64,000 bases of DNA from an uncultured delta proteobacterium (GTDB taxonomy: Bacteria; Desulfobacterota; BSN033; UBA1163): assembly GCA_963708295.1 (NCBI GenBank), contig CAVPSJ010000004.1, forward strand, positions 768,001 through 832,000. The letters run 5' to 3'. The position numbers were made by a program, and so were the translations under genes. Below are positions 49,764 through 60,714 of this stretch, one piece after another. Position 1 is the first letter of the stretch. Each line of letters opens with the position of its first letter. The notes beneath the pieces were generated by a model. It had not been told where the DNA came from. It did no database searches and saw only the letters and a list, made by a program, of their open reading frames with translations.

Positions 49764-50351
49764 ATGAACTCTTGCGAAAAAGATTTCATTGATCAGATCA
49801 GGACAATCCTTTCTTCAAGAAAAAGGAGAGTCATTGAACATCCCCCATTTTCCCATGCGGCAGTTCTGGTCCCCCTCTTTAAGAAAGGGGAGGATTGTCA
49901 TCTTCTCTTCACCAAGAGATCGGATCAGGTCAAGTATCACAAAGGCGAGATCTCTTTCCCGGGAGGGGTCGTTGACGAAGAAGATTTGGAACTGATAAAT
50001 ACCGCACTCCGGGAGGCCCATGAGGAGATTGGGCTCAAGCGGAGTGATGTTCAGATCATCGGGATATTAGATGACATCGTGACCATCACCGAGTTCATCG
50101 TTACCCCGATTGTGGGTCTCTTCCCCTATCCCTATCCTTTTAAGGTAAGCGAAGTAGAGATTGCGGAATTGATCGAAGTCCCTCTCTCGTCCTTACTCCA
50201 TGAAGAGTGTTTCAGTGAAAAGGAGATTATCCGAGGCGGTCAGAAGGAAGTCGTCTACGCCTATCAATATGGAAAACATATCATCTGGGGAGCGACTGCC
50301 CGGATCCTGAAACAGTTTTTGGATTTGATCCCGTCCACAAAAGACACTTAA
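49764..50351 (+). CDS. CoA pyrophosphatase (Nudix)
   Basis: AAVLVP, LFTKRS, HKGEISFPGG, ALREAHEEIG, IWGATA. Confidence 0.92.
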   Translation: MNSCEKDFIDQIRTILSSRKRRVIEHPPFSHAAVLVPLFKKGEDCHLLFTKRSDQVKYHKGEISFPGGVVDEEDLELINTALREAHEEIGLKRSDVQIIGILDDIVTITEFIVTPIVGLFPYPYPFKVSEVEIAELIEVPLSSLLHEECFSEKEIIRGGQKEVVYAYQYGKHIIWGATARILKQFLDLIPSTKDT

Positions 50352-50422
50352 TATTCCCTCCCGATTCATTGTTGCCTGCTTAACCCAATACAATGCTATA
50401 ATATTCGCTGGGAGAATGTTCA

Positions 50423-50962
50423 TTGGGTAGGTTTAAAAAGTGGGCACAGCATAAATATAGTAAGAAGCAACGGATGATCGCGGTGATTTTTGGGGGTGTT
50501 ATTTTCTGGTTGGTCATCCCATTTTTGATCATCGTTGTGTCGTCTTACATTGACCAAAAGCTTGACCTTCCAAAATTCTATGATGGACCAATAAACCCTG
50601 TCATTGGTTTGCTATTCATTGTTGCAGGTTGGCTGTTTGCCAACTGGACAGTCAAAGCTCAATTTTCATTGGGGAAAGGAACTCCGATACCCTTCATGGC
50701 AACCCAAAAACTGGTGATGAAGGGACCCTATAGGCACTGCCGAAACCCAATGACCTTAGGAACAACCATCTTCTATCTCGGAGTCGCGATCTGGCTGGGG
50801 TCCTTTTCTGCGGTAGGTTTGGGTCTGGTCTATCCAGTGGGGATTTTAATATACATTAAGCTGATTGAAGAGAAGGAATTAGAGGAACGATTCGGTTCGG
50901 AATACTTGGAATATAAGAAAAGTACTCCTTTCTTGATACCCCGCTTGGGAAAAAAGGATTGA
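50423..50962 (+). CDS. Isoprenylcysteine carboxyl methyltransferase (ICMT/PEMT)-family membrane protein
   Basis: GTPIP, LV.KGPYRHCRNPM, EEKELEERFG.EY..YK...P.LIP. Confidence 0.88.
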   Translation: MGRFKKWAQHKYSKKQRMIAVIFGGVIFWLVIPFLIIVVSSYIDQKLDLPKFYDGPINPVIGLLFIVAGWLFANWTVKAQFSLGKGTPIPFMATQKLVMKGPYRHCRNPMTLGTTIFYLGVAIWLGSFSAVGLGLVYPVGILIYIKLIEEKELEERFGSEYLEYKKSTPFLIPRLGKKD

Positions 50963-51445
50963 TGAAATGAGATTCCGCTGAAATTCTTAAACTCGTAGCA
51001 AGCGTTATTCTTTGTCAATTGGCAGGTTTTTTGGGTTCTCTTTTCACCACTCCAGCCATACCAACCTGGTATGCGACATTAAAGAAACCTTTCTTCACGC
51101 CTCCTCAATTGGATATTTAGTCCGGTCTGGATCAGTCTATTCATCCTCATGGGAATATCTCTTTCTTATGTCTGGCGAAGGCCAGATCATCCAGAGTTCA
51201 AGAAGGCTTTCATTTTCTTCTTTGTTCAATTGATTCTAAACGTCCTTTGGTCATTGGCTTTTTTTGGGCTCCGGTTACCTCTTCTTGGGCTCGTTGATAT
51301 CATCCTTCTCTGGATGGCCATTCTCTTGACGATTCAACATTTCTCGAAAGTTTCGAAATTTGCGGGAGCGCTCCTTCTCCCCTATCTCATTTGGGTTAGT
51401 TTTGCAGCCCTATTGAACTTTTCTCTGTGGATACTGAATCGCTAA
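50962..51445 (+). CDS. tspO: TspO/MBR tryptophan-rich sensory protein (frameshifted near 51107; start uncertain)
   Basis: WYATLKKPFFTPP|(N)WIFSPVW, then QLILNVLWS..FF and LLPYLIWVSFA..LN. Confidence 0.85.
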
Positions 51446-51450
51446 GAGAA

Positions 51451-52825
51451 ATGATCCAGAAAGAAAGAATTAAGGCACTTAATAAAAAAGAGGTAAACAA
51501 AGGAGCATACGTCCTTTACTGGATGCAGGCGTCTCAAAGGGCTGAATATAATCATGCCCTGGAATATGCCATATCAAAAGGCAACGAGCTGCACCAGCCC
51601 GTCATTGTATTCTTTGGAATGACAGACCATTTTCCTGAGGCAAACGAAAGACATTATACCTTTATGCTGGAGGGGCTCAGAGAGGTGAAGCAGTCTCTTG
51701 AAAAAAGAGGCATTCGGATGGTCATTCTACACAAATCCCCTGAAATGGGTGCCATTCAGTTGGCCAAAAGAGCCTCTCTTGCGTTATAGTGGATCGGGGT
51801 TACTTGAAATACAGAAGACAATGGAGAAATGATGTCGCCAACAAAATGAGATTGTCCTTGATTCAGGTTGAAAGCTGATGTCATCGTTCCTGTAGAAGAA
51901 ACCTCACCAAAAGAGGAATACGCAGCGGCAACGATCAGGTCGAAAATTCATAAAAAGTTAAACCATTTTCTTGTCCCTTTGAAGCAGAGCGATCCCGCTG
52001 TCGAATCCCTTTCTCTTGATTTTGATTCTTTTGATATCAATGATGTAGGCAAAGCGATTTCAAAACTTCACATTGATCGAAGTGTTCAAAAGGTAAGTTC
52101 TTTTCAGGGGGGGACGAAAGAGGCTCGAAACCACCTTGAGGTCTTTCTGGAAGGAAAGTTGGATCAGTTCCCAGAACTGAGAAATGATCCCACCCTTGAT
52201 TATCTTTCCCATATGAGTCCTTACTCTACATTTCGGACAGATCTCACCCCTGTTCATTGCTCTGAAAGCGTTAGAAACCAAAAGCCCCGGGACAGAAGCC
52301 TTTCTTGAAGAACTTATTGTCAGAAGAGAGCTGAGCATGAATTTTGTGTTTTATAATGAAAAGTACGATTCATTTGAGGCAGTTCCTGAATGGGCGAAGA
52401 AGACCTTAAGGGCTCACAAGAAAGACAAACGTCAATACACCTATACCCTTGAAGAGCTGGAGCCAGCCAAAACCCATGACCCTTACTGGAATGCCGCCCA
52501 GAAAGAGATGGTGATCAAAGGCAAGATGCACGGGTATATGAGAATGTATTGGGGAAAGAAAATCATCGAATGGAGCAAAACGCCTGAAGGAGCCTTTCGA
52601 AATGCTCTTTATCTGAACAACAAATATGAATTGGACGGCAGGGACCCCAATGGGTTTACGGGCGTGGCCTGGTGCTTTGGAAAGCATGACCGCCCCTGGG
52701 GAGAAAGGCCGATCTTTGGAAATGTCAGATATATGAATGACAAGGGGTTAAAAAGGAAATTTGATGCGGATGGATATGTGAAGATGATGGGCAAGCTTAA
52801 CGGAAAACATGAAGACAGTTTTTGA
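51451..52825 (+). CDS. phr: Class II CPD photolyase (several frameshifts)
   Basis: [70 protein letters not shown] and FG.HDRPW across fragments. Confidence 0.9.
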
Positions 52826-52884
52826 AGTTGTATTATGCTGGGCAGATGAGTATATTGAAATTAATGAATTTGATCTAAGGAGGA

Positions 52885-53277
52885 ATGATGATGAAATTGA
52901 GCGAATATTTTGAAAAGACAAAAGGTCGAGGGGTTTTTGCTACTTCAGATTCAAAAGGAAAAGTGGGTACGGCTGTCTATGGAAGACCTCATTTCATTAA
53001 TGAAAAAACCGTAGCCTTTATCATGGCCGATCGTTTGATGCATAAGAATCTTCAGTCCAATCCTTATGCCTCCTATCTGTTTATGGAATCCAAGGAAAGA
53101 TATGTTGGAAAGAGGTTGTATCTGACAAAAATTAAGGAGGAAAAGGATCCTGCCTTCATCGATAAGATCCGTCGAAGAGAGAGCTGCCCTGTTTACACGG
53201 CTTATAAAAACCAAATCAGATATCTCGTCTATTTTCGCATTGACAAGGTTTTGCCTCTGATCGGAGAGAAAAAATAG
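52885..53277 (+). CDS. Pyridoxamine 5'-phosphate oxidase-like FMN-binding protein
   Basis: ATSD..G.V, RPH, NLQSNP.A.YLF, GKRLYL; SD AAGGAGG. Confidence 0.8.
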   Translation: MMMKLSEYFEKTKGRGVFATSDSKGKVGTAVYGRPHFINEKTVAFIMADRLMHKNLQSNPYASYLFMESKERYVGKRLYLTKIKEEKDPAFIDKIRRRESCPVYTAYKNQIRYLVYFRIDKVLPLIGEKK

Positions 53278-53335
53278 GATTCGACGGAGCTCCGAATAGA
53301 GCTTCAGAGCTGAATTTTTCAAAAGGGGAAGCAAA

Positions 53336-54244
53336 GTGAAGATCCTGATGACAGGTGGTACAGGTTTCGTCGGAACCCAACTGACATCCCGTTTGATTCA
53401 GGATGGAAATGAAGTGACGATTCTGACCCGGTCCCCAAAAGGACCGGAAAAAGGGGCCGCGGGAATTTCTTATTTGCAAGGAGATCCTACGCAGAAGGGT
53501 CCTTGGCAGGAAGCGATTAAGAACCACGACGCCATCATCAATCTTGCAGGCGCCTCCATCTTCAGCAAGTGGACAGATGAACACAAGAAAGCAATCAGAG
53601 AGAGTCGTGTCAGCACCACCCGGAATATCGTCGAGGGAATACCTTCCCATCCTGAAAGGAAAATCACTCTGTTCAGCACCTCCGCCGTGGGTTATTATGG
53701 CTTCCATGGAGACGAAGAGCTTTTCGAGGAATCCCCTCCGGGAAATGATTTTCTAGCCCAGATTGCTTTGGAATGGGAAGGAGAGGCGTTGAAAGCCAAA
53801 GACAAAGGGGCCCGGGTTGTCATCACCCGTTTTGGCATTGTCCTGGGAGAAAAAGGAGGAGCCCTCAGCCAGATGATTCCTCTTTTTAAGAAATATATCG
53901 GAGGGCCGATCGGAAGCGGAAAGCAGTGGTTCTCCTGGGTTCATATCAAAGACCTTGCAGAGGCCTTTGTTTTCCTGATGAAACACCCAGAGATTTCAGG
54001 CCCTGTCAATGTATGCTCTCCGAATCCGGTGAGGAATAAAGATCTGGCAAAGGCGCTTGGAAAAGCCCTTCACAGACCTTCCTTCATGCCAGCCCCAGGG
54101 TTTATGGTAAAGCTTGTTCTGGGAGAATTCGGTTCGGTCATCCTCGAAGGCCAGAAGGTTATTCCCAAAATGCTATTGGAGAACGGTTTTGTCTTTCAAT
54201 ATGCCGATATCCATAAAACTTTGCAGGGCATCGTGGGTCAATAA
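53336..54244 (+). CDS. TIGR01777-family NAD-dependent epimerase/oxidoreductase
   Basis: TGGTGFVG, INLAGA, ESRV, SAVGYYG, RFGIVL, GSGKQW.SWVH. Confidence 0.92.
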   Translation: MKILMTGGTGFVGTQLTSRLIQDGNEVTILTRSPKGPEKGAAGISYLQGDPTQKGPWQEAIKNHDAIINLAGASIFSKWTDEHKKAIRESRVSTTRNIVEGIPSHPERKITLFSTSAVGYYGFHGDEELFEESPPGNDFLAQIALEWEGEALKAKDKGARVVITRFGIVLGEKGGALSQMIPLFKKYIGGPIGSGKQWFSWVHIKDLAEAFVFLMKHPEISGPVNVCSPNPVRNKDLAKALGKALHRPSFMPAPGFMVKLVLGEFGSVILEGQKVIPKMLLENGFVFQYADIHKTLQGIVGQ

Positions 54245-54323
54245 ACCTTAATATATCAAGCCGAATCCATATTCCAGTTTTCTGTCAAGTAGGCAAAGGG
54301 GGATCCTTATTCAATAATTAATC

Positions 54324-55442
54324 ATGATTCCAATGAAACTATATCTCCTCTTCTTTTTTTGGTTCTTGGGTTTTATTTTTTTATGGAAAATCCCGGCGCT
54401 TAAGAAAGGGAAAAACCTTAATCAACTTTCATTTAAGATATCCATCCTCATCCCCGCCCGAAACGAAGAAAGAACCCTCGGTCAGTTACTCCACTCCATT
54501 GCGCATCAGACCTTAAAACCCCATGAGATCATCGTCATCGATGACCATTCTGAAGATGCCACCACCGAGGTTGCAAGAAGAGCAGGTGGCATCGTGATGA
54601 CATCAACCGACTTGCCAGAAGGCTGGGCCGGAAAACCCTGGGCATGCTGGCAGGGAGCCCAGAAGGCCACAGGAGATATTTTTCTTTTTTTAGATGCCGA
54701 CACTTTCTTGGAGCCCGAGGGCCTTTCAAAAATTGTGTCGACCTATCTCGAAAAAGGGGGTCTTCTCTCGGTCCAACCCTTTCATAAAATGAAAAGAAGG
54801 TATGAACGGCTGTCAGCTCTCTTTAATCTCATCACCATGGCAGGCATGAATGTGTTTACCCCTTTCGGGCCAAAGCTGAAACCCACTGGTGCCTTTGGTC
54901 CCTGTATGATATGTTCGAGGGAAGATTATTTCAGGGTGGGGGGACATGAAAAGGCCCGGGGAGAGGTGCTGGAGAGCCTTGCCATCGGCAAGGAGTTCCT
55001 GAGGTCGAACCGAAAAGTTCACTGCTATGGAGGAAAAGACACCATTTCATTTCGAATGTACCCAGAGGGATTTCAGTCGCTTGTGGAAGGATTTGGCAAA
55101 GGTTTTGGGACCGGTGCCAATGCGATGTCAATGGTAAGCTTTTTCATGATCGCGGGATGGGTATTTGGGGGAGTCTCGGTGACAAGACACGTCATCCAAT
55201 CGGCTATCATGGGTAATCCGGCAGAACTTGTGGGATGGTTGGTTTTAGATGTGTTCTATATCTTTCAGATCCACTGGATGCTTTTCCGGATTGGAAATTT
55301 TGGGTTCTCCACGGCCCTTCTCTTCCAAATCCCCCTCATCTTTTTCGTTGTTGTTTTTGCATACTCGATCGTTCGCATCTTCTTGGTGCGAAAGGTACGC
55401 TGGAAAGGGAGGGATGTCAAGACTGCGAGAGGGAAAGATTAG
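54324..55442 (+). CDS. GT2 glycosyltransferase, CrtQ-like
   Basis: IPARNEE, DDHSED.T, LPEGWAGKPWAC, FLDAD, AFGPC, GGH, FRMYP; C-terminal TM segments and WKGR. Confidence 0.85.
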   Translation: MIPMKLYLLFFFWFLGFIFLWKIPALKKGKNLNQLSFKISILIPARNEERTLGQLLHSIAHQTLKPHEIIVIDDHSEDATTEVARRAGGIVMTSTDLPEGWAGKPWACWQGAQKATGDIFLFLDADTFLEPEGLSKIVSTYLEKGGLLSVQPFHKMKRRYERLSALFNLITMAGMNVFTPFGPKLKPTGAFGPCMICSREDYFRVGGHEKARGEVLESLAIGKEFLRSNRKVHCYGGKDTISFRMYPEGFQSLVEGFGKGFGTGANAMSMVSFFMIAGWVFGGVSVTRHVIQSAIMGNPAELVGWLVLDVFYIFQIHWMLFRIGNFGFSTALLFQIPLIFFVVVFAYSIVRIFLVRKVRWKGRDVKTARGKD

Positions 55443-55446
55443 ACTC

Positions 55447-55942
55447 ATGAGACTCATCTATCTCCCCACTTTCTGGACGATTGTCATCGATTTCATTGCT
55501 TGGTTCATCATTCACATCGGTGTCGTGGCCATGATGGTTACAATTCCCGCGAAGCATTTCAATCCGAATCATTGGCTGTACAGGAGCAGGAAATGGGAGG
55601 GAGAGGGGAATGTCTATCAGGACGTTTTTAAAATTAAAAAATGGAAACAACATCTCCCCGATGGAGCACGGGTCCTCGGACGTCTTGGGCTTTCAGAAGA
55701 AGCAACTAAACAATAAGAGCATGGAATACTTCGAGGCTTTCCAAATTGAGACCTGCCGGGCTGAGTTGACACACTGGATGATTATTCTTTTTGCGCCTTT
55801 TTTCTTTCTATGGAATCGCCCGGGGGTCGGCCTTTTCATGATTTTCTATGCCCTCCTTGAAAATATTCCATTCATTATTGCTCAGAGGTATAATCGACAT
55901 CGGTTCAAACGTCTTTTGGAACAGAATAGACTGAAATCTTAA
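55447..55942 (+). CDS. CrtO-like glycosyl-carotenoid acyltransferase (frameshift near 55680)
   Basis: WE....Y...KIKKWK..LPDG, then ETCRAELTHW...N.PFII.QRYNR.R. Confidence 0.8.
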
Positions 55943-55948
55943 GTCCTG

Positions 55949-56896
55949 ATGATGAAGACATCCATTCTTATTGTAGAAGATCTGTGGAAACGCTACGCCC
56001 AGACCGATGCGGTGCGGGGGCTAACCTTCGAAATTTCCAAAGGGGAGTTTTTCGGTCTCCTGGGCCCCAATGGCGCCGGTAAAACAACCTCGATTGGACT
56101 CTTATCCGGGTTGATCAAACCCACCCGAGGACGTATCTCAATCGCCGGGGTCGATCTTTTTTCAAGACCCATGGAGGCAAAGGCCAGACTGGGTTTGGTC
56201 CCTCAAAGTTTTGCCCTATACCCCAGCTTGTGTGCCCGTGATAATTTGGTCTTCTTTGGAAGAATCTATGGGTTGAAGGGAAAGCGTTTAAAAGAACGAA
56301 TGAGCCCGTGTCCTGGAGATCGTTGAGTTCACGGATCGTGCCAAACAAACCGTGTCAACCTTTTCCACCGGGATGAAGCGACGACTCAATATCGCTGCAG
56401 GGCTTCTTCATGAACCGGATATTCTTATTCTTGATGAACCAACGGTCGGCGTCGATCCACAGAGTCGAAATGCGATTCTTGAAAGTATCAAATCCTTGAA
56501 TCAGTCCGGAGTCACGGTTTTGTACACCACCCATTATATCGAGGAAGCCCAGCGCCTGTGTGACCGTGTTGCCATTATCGACCAGGGAAAGATCATTGCG
56601 CTCGATCAGCCCGGCTCGGCTGATCCGAGATTTGGGAAAGGCGAATATCCATATGGAGTTTAACATCAGGTATCGATCACGAGCTCCTGAGTCAATTGGA
56701 ACATATCGGGTTGGTCAGGGTCATCGATGATCAAAGGAGGAAGATCCATGTTGAAACGAATCGCATTGATGAAGCTTCAAGAGAGCTTCTGGAATTGATG
56801 AAGACACGGGATGGACTCATCAAGACCTTAGACATTTCAGAGCCGAATTTGGAGACCGTTTTTATCCATTTGACAGGCAGAAATCTGAGGGATTAG
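55949..56896 (+). CDS. ABC-2 exporter ATP-binding protein (frameshifted)
   Basis: GPNGAGKTT, FSTGMKRR, LDEPTVGVDPQSR, YTTHY, EPNLETVF across pieces. Confidence 0.85.
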
Positions 56897-56928
56897 AAGA
56901 AGAAAGGAATATCCATACGTTTAGAAGA

Positions 56929-58170
56929 ATGATTTACCAGATCATTGCCATCACTCTCAAGGAACTGAAGGTCCTTTGGCTGGATCGTGAAGCCCTGGCT
57001 TTGCTTTTTGCCATGCCTATGTTTTTTATTCTCGTGATGAGCTTCGCTTTAGAAGGAGTTTTTCAAGCAGGGAGCAAAGGTCATCCCATTGAAATCTTGG
57101 CTGTTCACCAAAATGGGGGCTGGTTGGCTGACCAGACGATTGCGGATCTCAAACGCATGGAAGGTTTGATCCTGACCGAGACCTATGAGGGAATTCCCCT
57201 TACCCCTGACAAGGCAGAGCAATTGATCGGCAAGGGTGTCCATTCTTTAGCCCTTGTTTTCCCAGAAGGGCTATACAGAACAGGTTCTAAAAACATCGAA
57301 GGACCCCCGGAAGGAGAAGGCCACCGTCTATCTGGTCAGCGATCCGGCGATCAACCTTCAACTCTTGGCCACCGTGAAAGGAGCGATCCAGGGAGCGATC
57401 GAGCGTCAGGTTTTATTAGCAAGAATACCCCAACGGCTCAAAGAGATCTTCGGGACACTCGAGGGGATGGAGGGGCAGCTTGACAGCATGCTGGGAAATA
57501 CGAATATCAGTGAACATGAAAGGTCTCGTGTTGATTTGATCCACACATTTCCAAAAGGGTTTAACGCCGGAAGACGCCCTACCGCCACGGAGCAGAATGT
57601 TCCGGCTTATACTATTTTTGGTGTCTTTTTCATCGTTCTGACCTTGGCCTCGAGTTTCTTGCAGGAAAAGAAGGATGGTACATTCCAGAGAATTCTGGCG
57701 GCCCCATTATCCAAAACAGCCCTTCTCATCGGGAAACTCTTCCCTTACTATCTTGTGAACTTGATTCAAATTGGACTGATGTTCAGTATTGGCGTCGTGG
57801 TGTTCGGAATAAGCTCGGACATCTCCCGGCATTGGTCATTGTTTCCTTAGCCTTGGCAGCGGCAGCGAACGGTTTAGGACTCTTGGTAGCGGCTCTGGGC
57901 AAGACCGAGCCGCAGGTAAATGCTCTATCGGTTCTTCTGGCCATCACCCTTTCTGCCCTAGGAGGGATGATGGTGCCTACTTTTATCATGCCCGATCTGA
58001 TGAAGACCCTTTCTCTTTTTACGCCCCATGCCTGGGCCTTGGCAGGATATCATGACGTGATCATCCGAGGTCTGGAAGTGAAAGACGTCTTGACCGAAAT
58101 GCTCGTGCTTTTGGGGTTCGCTTCTTTTTTCTTCGTCATAGCGCTTTGGCGTTTCCGGTTTGATGAGTGA
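56929..58170 (+). CDS. ABC-2 exporter permease (frameshifted)
   Basis: KELK...D...LALLFAMP, EKKDGT..R....P, LGGMMVP and TPHAWAL across three pieces. Confidence 0.82.
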
Positions 58171-58419
58171 GTTAACCTCACCGTCGCAGAAACAGACGAG
58201 GAAATACCGATCAATGATCTTAGTTTCTTGAGATGGACATGGAGTCCATCCCGTTTCGATCCCTCATCCGTGATCCGGTTTGGGGCCGGCGGAAAAAGTC
58301 AACAGGGACAAATTTTTTAGGGACGTTTGAGTAAACTCTTAAGACGGGGACAAGAACTGAGGAAAGCCATCTCTCTTCCCTTTCGTGATATGCCTTGATG
58401 AACCCGACTGTTATGCCGA

Positions 58420-59308
58420 TCAAATCCATGTCACGCTCTTCAGCTCTCTTCTTATTCCCCTTTGATAATGATGCTTAGGGTAGCCTAAGATCATCGAGGC
58501 TACCACCTGGTTGCCCTCTGGAATCGAAAACATTTTTCTCAGCTCCGGGCTGTGCTGTATCGCCGGGGGAATAATATCCATGGCCGAACCGCCTAATCCC
58601 AGGGCATGAGCCGCCAGGAACCCATAGGTCAGAGCAACGTAAGCATCCGCCTCATAATTCTCCGCGGTTTTGCTGGCATGAAACACGATCATCGCAGGCG
58701 CATGTCTCGTCAAGGTATCTTCTTCTCCTCTTTTCAATTCGGGCAATCGGCTTTTCATGAGTGGAACGACATGATTCTTAATGGTGTTGAACTTTTCTTT
58801 TCCTACTTCGCGGCGGATGAAAAAGCGTCCGATGGGGTTGCCCATGGCCTTTACCAGATCGTCATAAAGCTTTATCATATAGGGCAATGCTTTGCGGATG
58901 ATTTCAGTATCTTGAACAACCACGATTTCCGTTTTGATAGGGGTAAAACCAGGAGGCGCAAAGGTGATCGCCTGAACGACTTTCTCCAATACCTCCTTTG
59001 GCACAGGTTGATCTTTGAAATTTCGTATGGCCCGTCGGGTTGAGATCATGTTGAAGAAAGGAGCTTCCACAGCGAACTTTTCCGGAATCTCGAAGAAATC
59101 CCTGGAATAAGACAAACCCTCGATCCGGATGGATTTTGTCGGGCAAATGGCCATGCATTGGCCGCACTTCATGCAAAACTGCAGCCTGTCCTGGCGAAAG
59201 GTGATTCTGCCCAAGAGGGTTCTTCAACAGGATCTTGTTCGGACAGACCTCGCCGCATAACCCACAAGCTTTGCACGTCTGTTGATCGATGCTAATGGAA
59301 TTGTCCAT
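58420..59308 (-). CDS. Nitroreductase with N-terminal 2x[4Fe-4S] ferredoxin domain (frameshift near 59215)
   Basis: CKACGLCGEVCP, CMKCGQCMAICP, RRAIRNF, LAAHALGLG, LGYP. Confidence 0.88.
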
Positions 59309-59562
59309 AAAGCGCATCTTTGGGAAAATACTTTTTTGGGAAAATACCTTACCCTATCACGCTCCTGTTCCGTCTATTGTGTAAACGTGCCGCCGCGGTG
59401 GCGTATTCATTCGACCAGCATAACATACACTTTTTTGGAGCTTTTTGGAAGCGCACAGCCCCATCTCCAACCTCTTCTTTTTTACTTCCACTGGACATTC
59501 ATGTTATAATTTTGGCCTTGTGTGGATAGGTCGATGTTTTGTTTTGGGCTGAGGTAAGGGAT

Positions 59563-60714
59563 TTGGACCTGGCACTTTCGATAAAGCAGAAACAACTGCG
59601 ACGGGTGGCACGCCAATTCGCCAAGACGGAGCTCGCTCCCATCGCCAAGGAGATCGACGAAGAAGGCCGTTTCCCGTGGGAAGCGGTTGAAAAGATGGGA
59701 TCCCTTAATCTCTTCGGGATTCAGGCTCCCAGAAAATACGGTGGTGCCGAAACAGACTCCATCTCTTATTGCCTTGTGATTGAGGAGATTTCCCGTGTAT
59801 GTGCATCCATGGGGCTGATGTTGGCCGTTCATAACGGCGTTGTGGTCCACCCCATCCATCAGTTCGGAAAGGATGAGCAGAAGGCAAAATTCCTTTCCCC
59901 TCTGACGGCAGGCGAAAAGATCGGCGCATTTTGTCTCACCGAGCCCAATGCAGGCTCAGATGCCATGGCCATCGAATCAACCGCCCTCAGGGAGGGCGAT
60001 TCATACATTGTCAATGCCAATAAGATATTCGTCACCAACGGCGGGGTGGCCGACATCTTGATTATTTTTACTTCGGTAGATCCGGGCAATGTCAAGAAAG
60101 GCTTTAGTGCCATTCTCGTGGAACGCGGCACCCCGGGATTTGAGGTGGGCCTCCTCGAAAATAATTGCGGGATGCGTGCCAATCCTGTTAGCTCGATCAT
60201 CTTGAACGACTGTCGAGTGCCGAAGACCAACCTACTGGGCCGGGAAGGAGAAGGATTTAAGGTGGCGATGGCGGCTTTGGATAACGGTCGAATTGGTATT
60301 GCGGCTCAGGCTGTGGGAATCGCTCAAGGTGCTCTGGATGTTTCCCTCAAGTATGCGAAAGAACGTATTCAATTCCGCGTCCCTCTGGCGCAGCATCAGG
60401 CCATTCAATTGATGCTCGCCGACATGGGCACGATGGTAGAAGCGGCGAGGCTGCTGACATTGAACGCTGCCCATGTCAAAGATCAGGGAGGCGATCTCGC
60501 CGCTCCGTCTGCAATGGCCAAGCTCTTTGCCGGCCGAACCGCTTCAAAGGTCGCCTCGTTGGGTGTACAGATTCACGGAGGCTATGGATACAGCAAAGAT
60601 TACCCCATCGAGCGCTATTTCCGCGATGCCCGGGCTACGGAGATTTATGAAGGCACCAATGAGATTCAACAGATCGTCATTGCACGAGAGTTGTTAAAGC
60701 GAGGCGAGGAGTGA
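59563..60714 (+). CDS. Acyl-CoA dehydrogenase (butyryl-CoA dehydrogenase-like)
   Basis: FCLTEPNAGSD, KIFVTNG, LDNGRIGIAAQA, QIHGGYGY, IYEGTNEIQ; TTG start after GAGG. Confidence 0.94.
   Translation: MDLALSIKQKQLRRVARQFAKTELAPIAKEIDEEGRFPWEAVEKMGSLNLFGIQAPRKYGGAETDSISYCLVIEEISRVCASMGLMLAVHNGVVVHPIHQFGKDEQKAKFLSPLTAGEKIGAFCLTEPNAGSDAMAIESTALREGDSYIVNANKIFVTNGGVADILIIFTSVDPGNVKKGFSAILVERGTPGFEVGLLENNCGMRANPVSSIILNDCRVPKTNLLGREGEGFKVAMAALDNGRIGIAAQAVGIAQGALDVSLKYAKERIQFRVPLAQHQAIQLMLADMGTMVEAARLLTLNAAHVKDQGGDLAAPSAMAKLFAGRTASKVASLGVQIHGGYGYSKDYPIERYFRDARATEIYEGTNEIQQIVIARELLKRGEE

Noticed and set aside
58220-58429. 69-aa ORF overlapping the nitroreductase stop
   Set aside because: No recognisable motif or clear SD; lies in a convergent intergenic gap.
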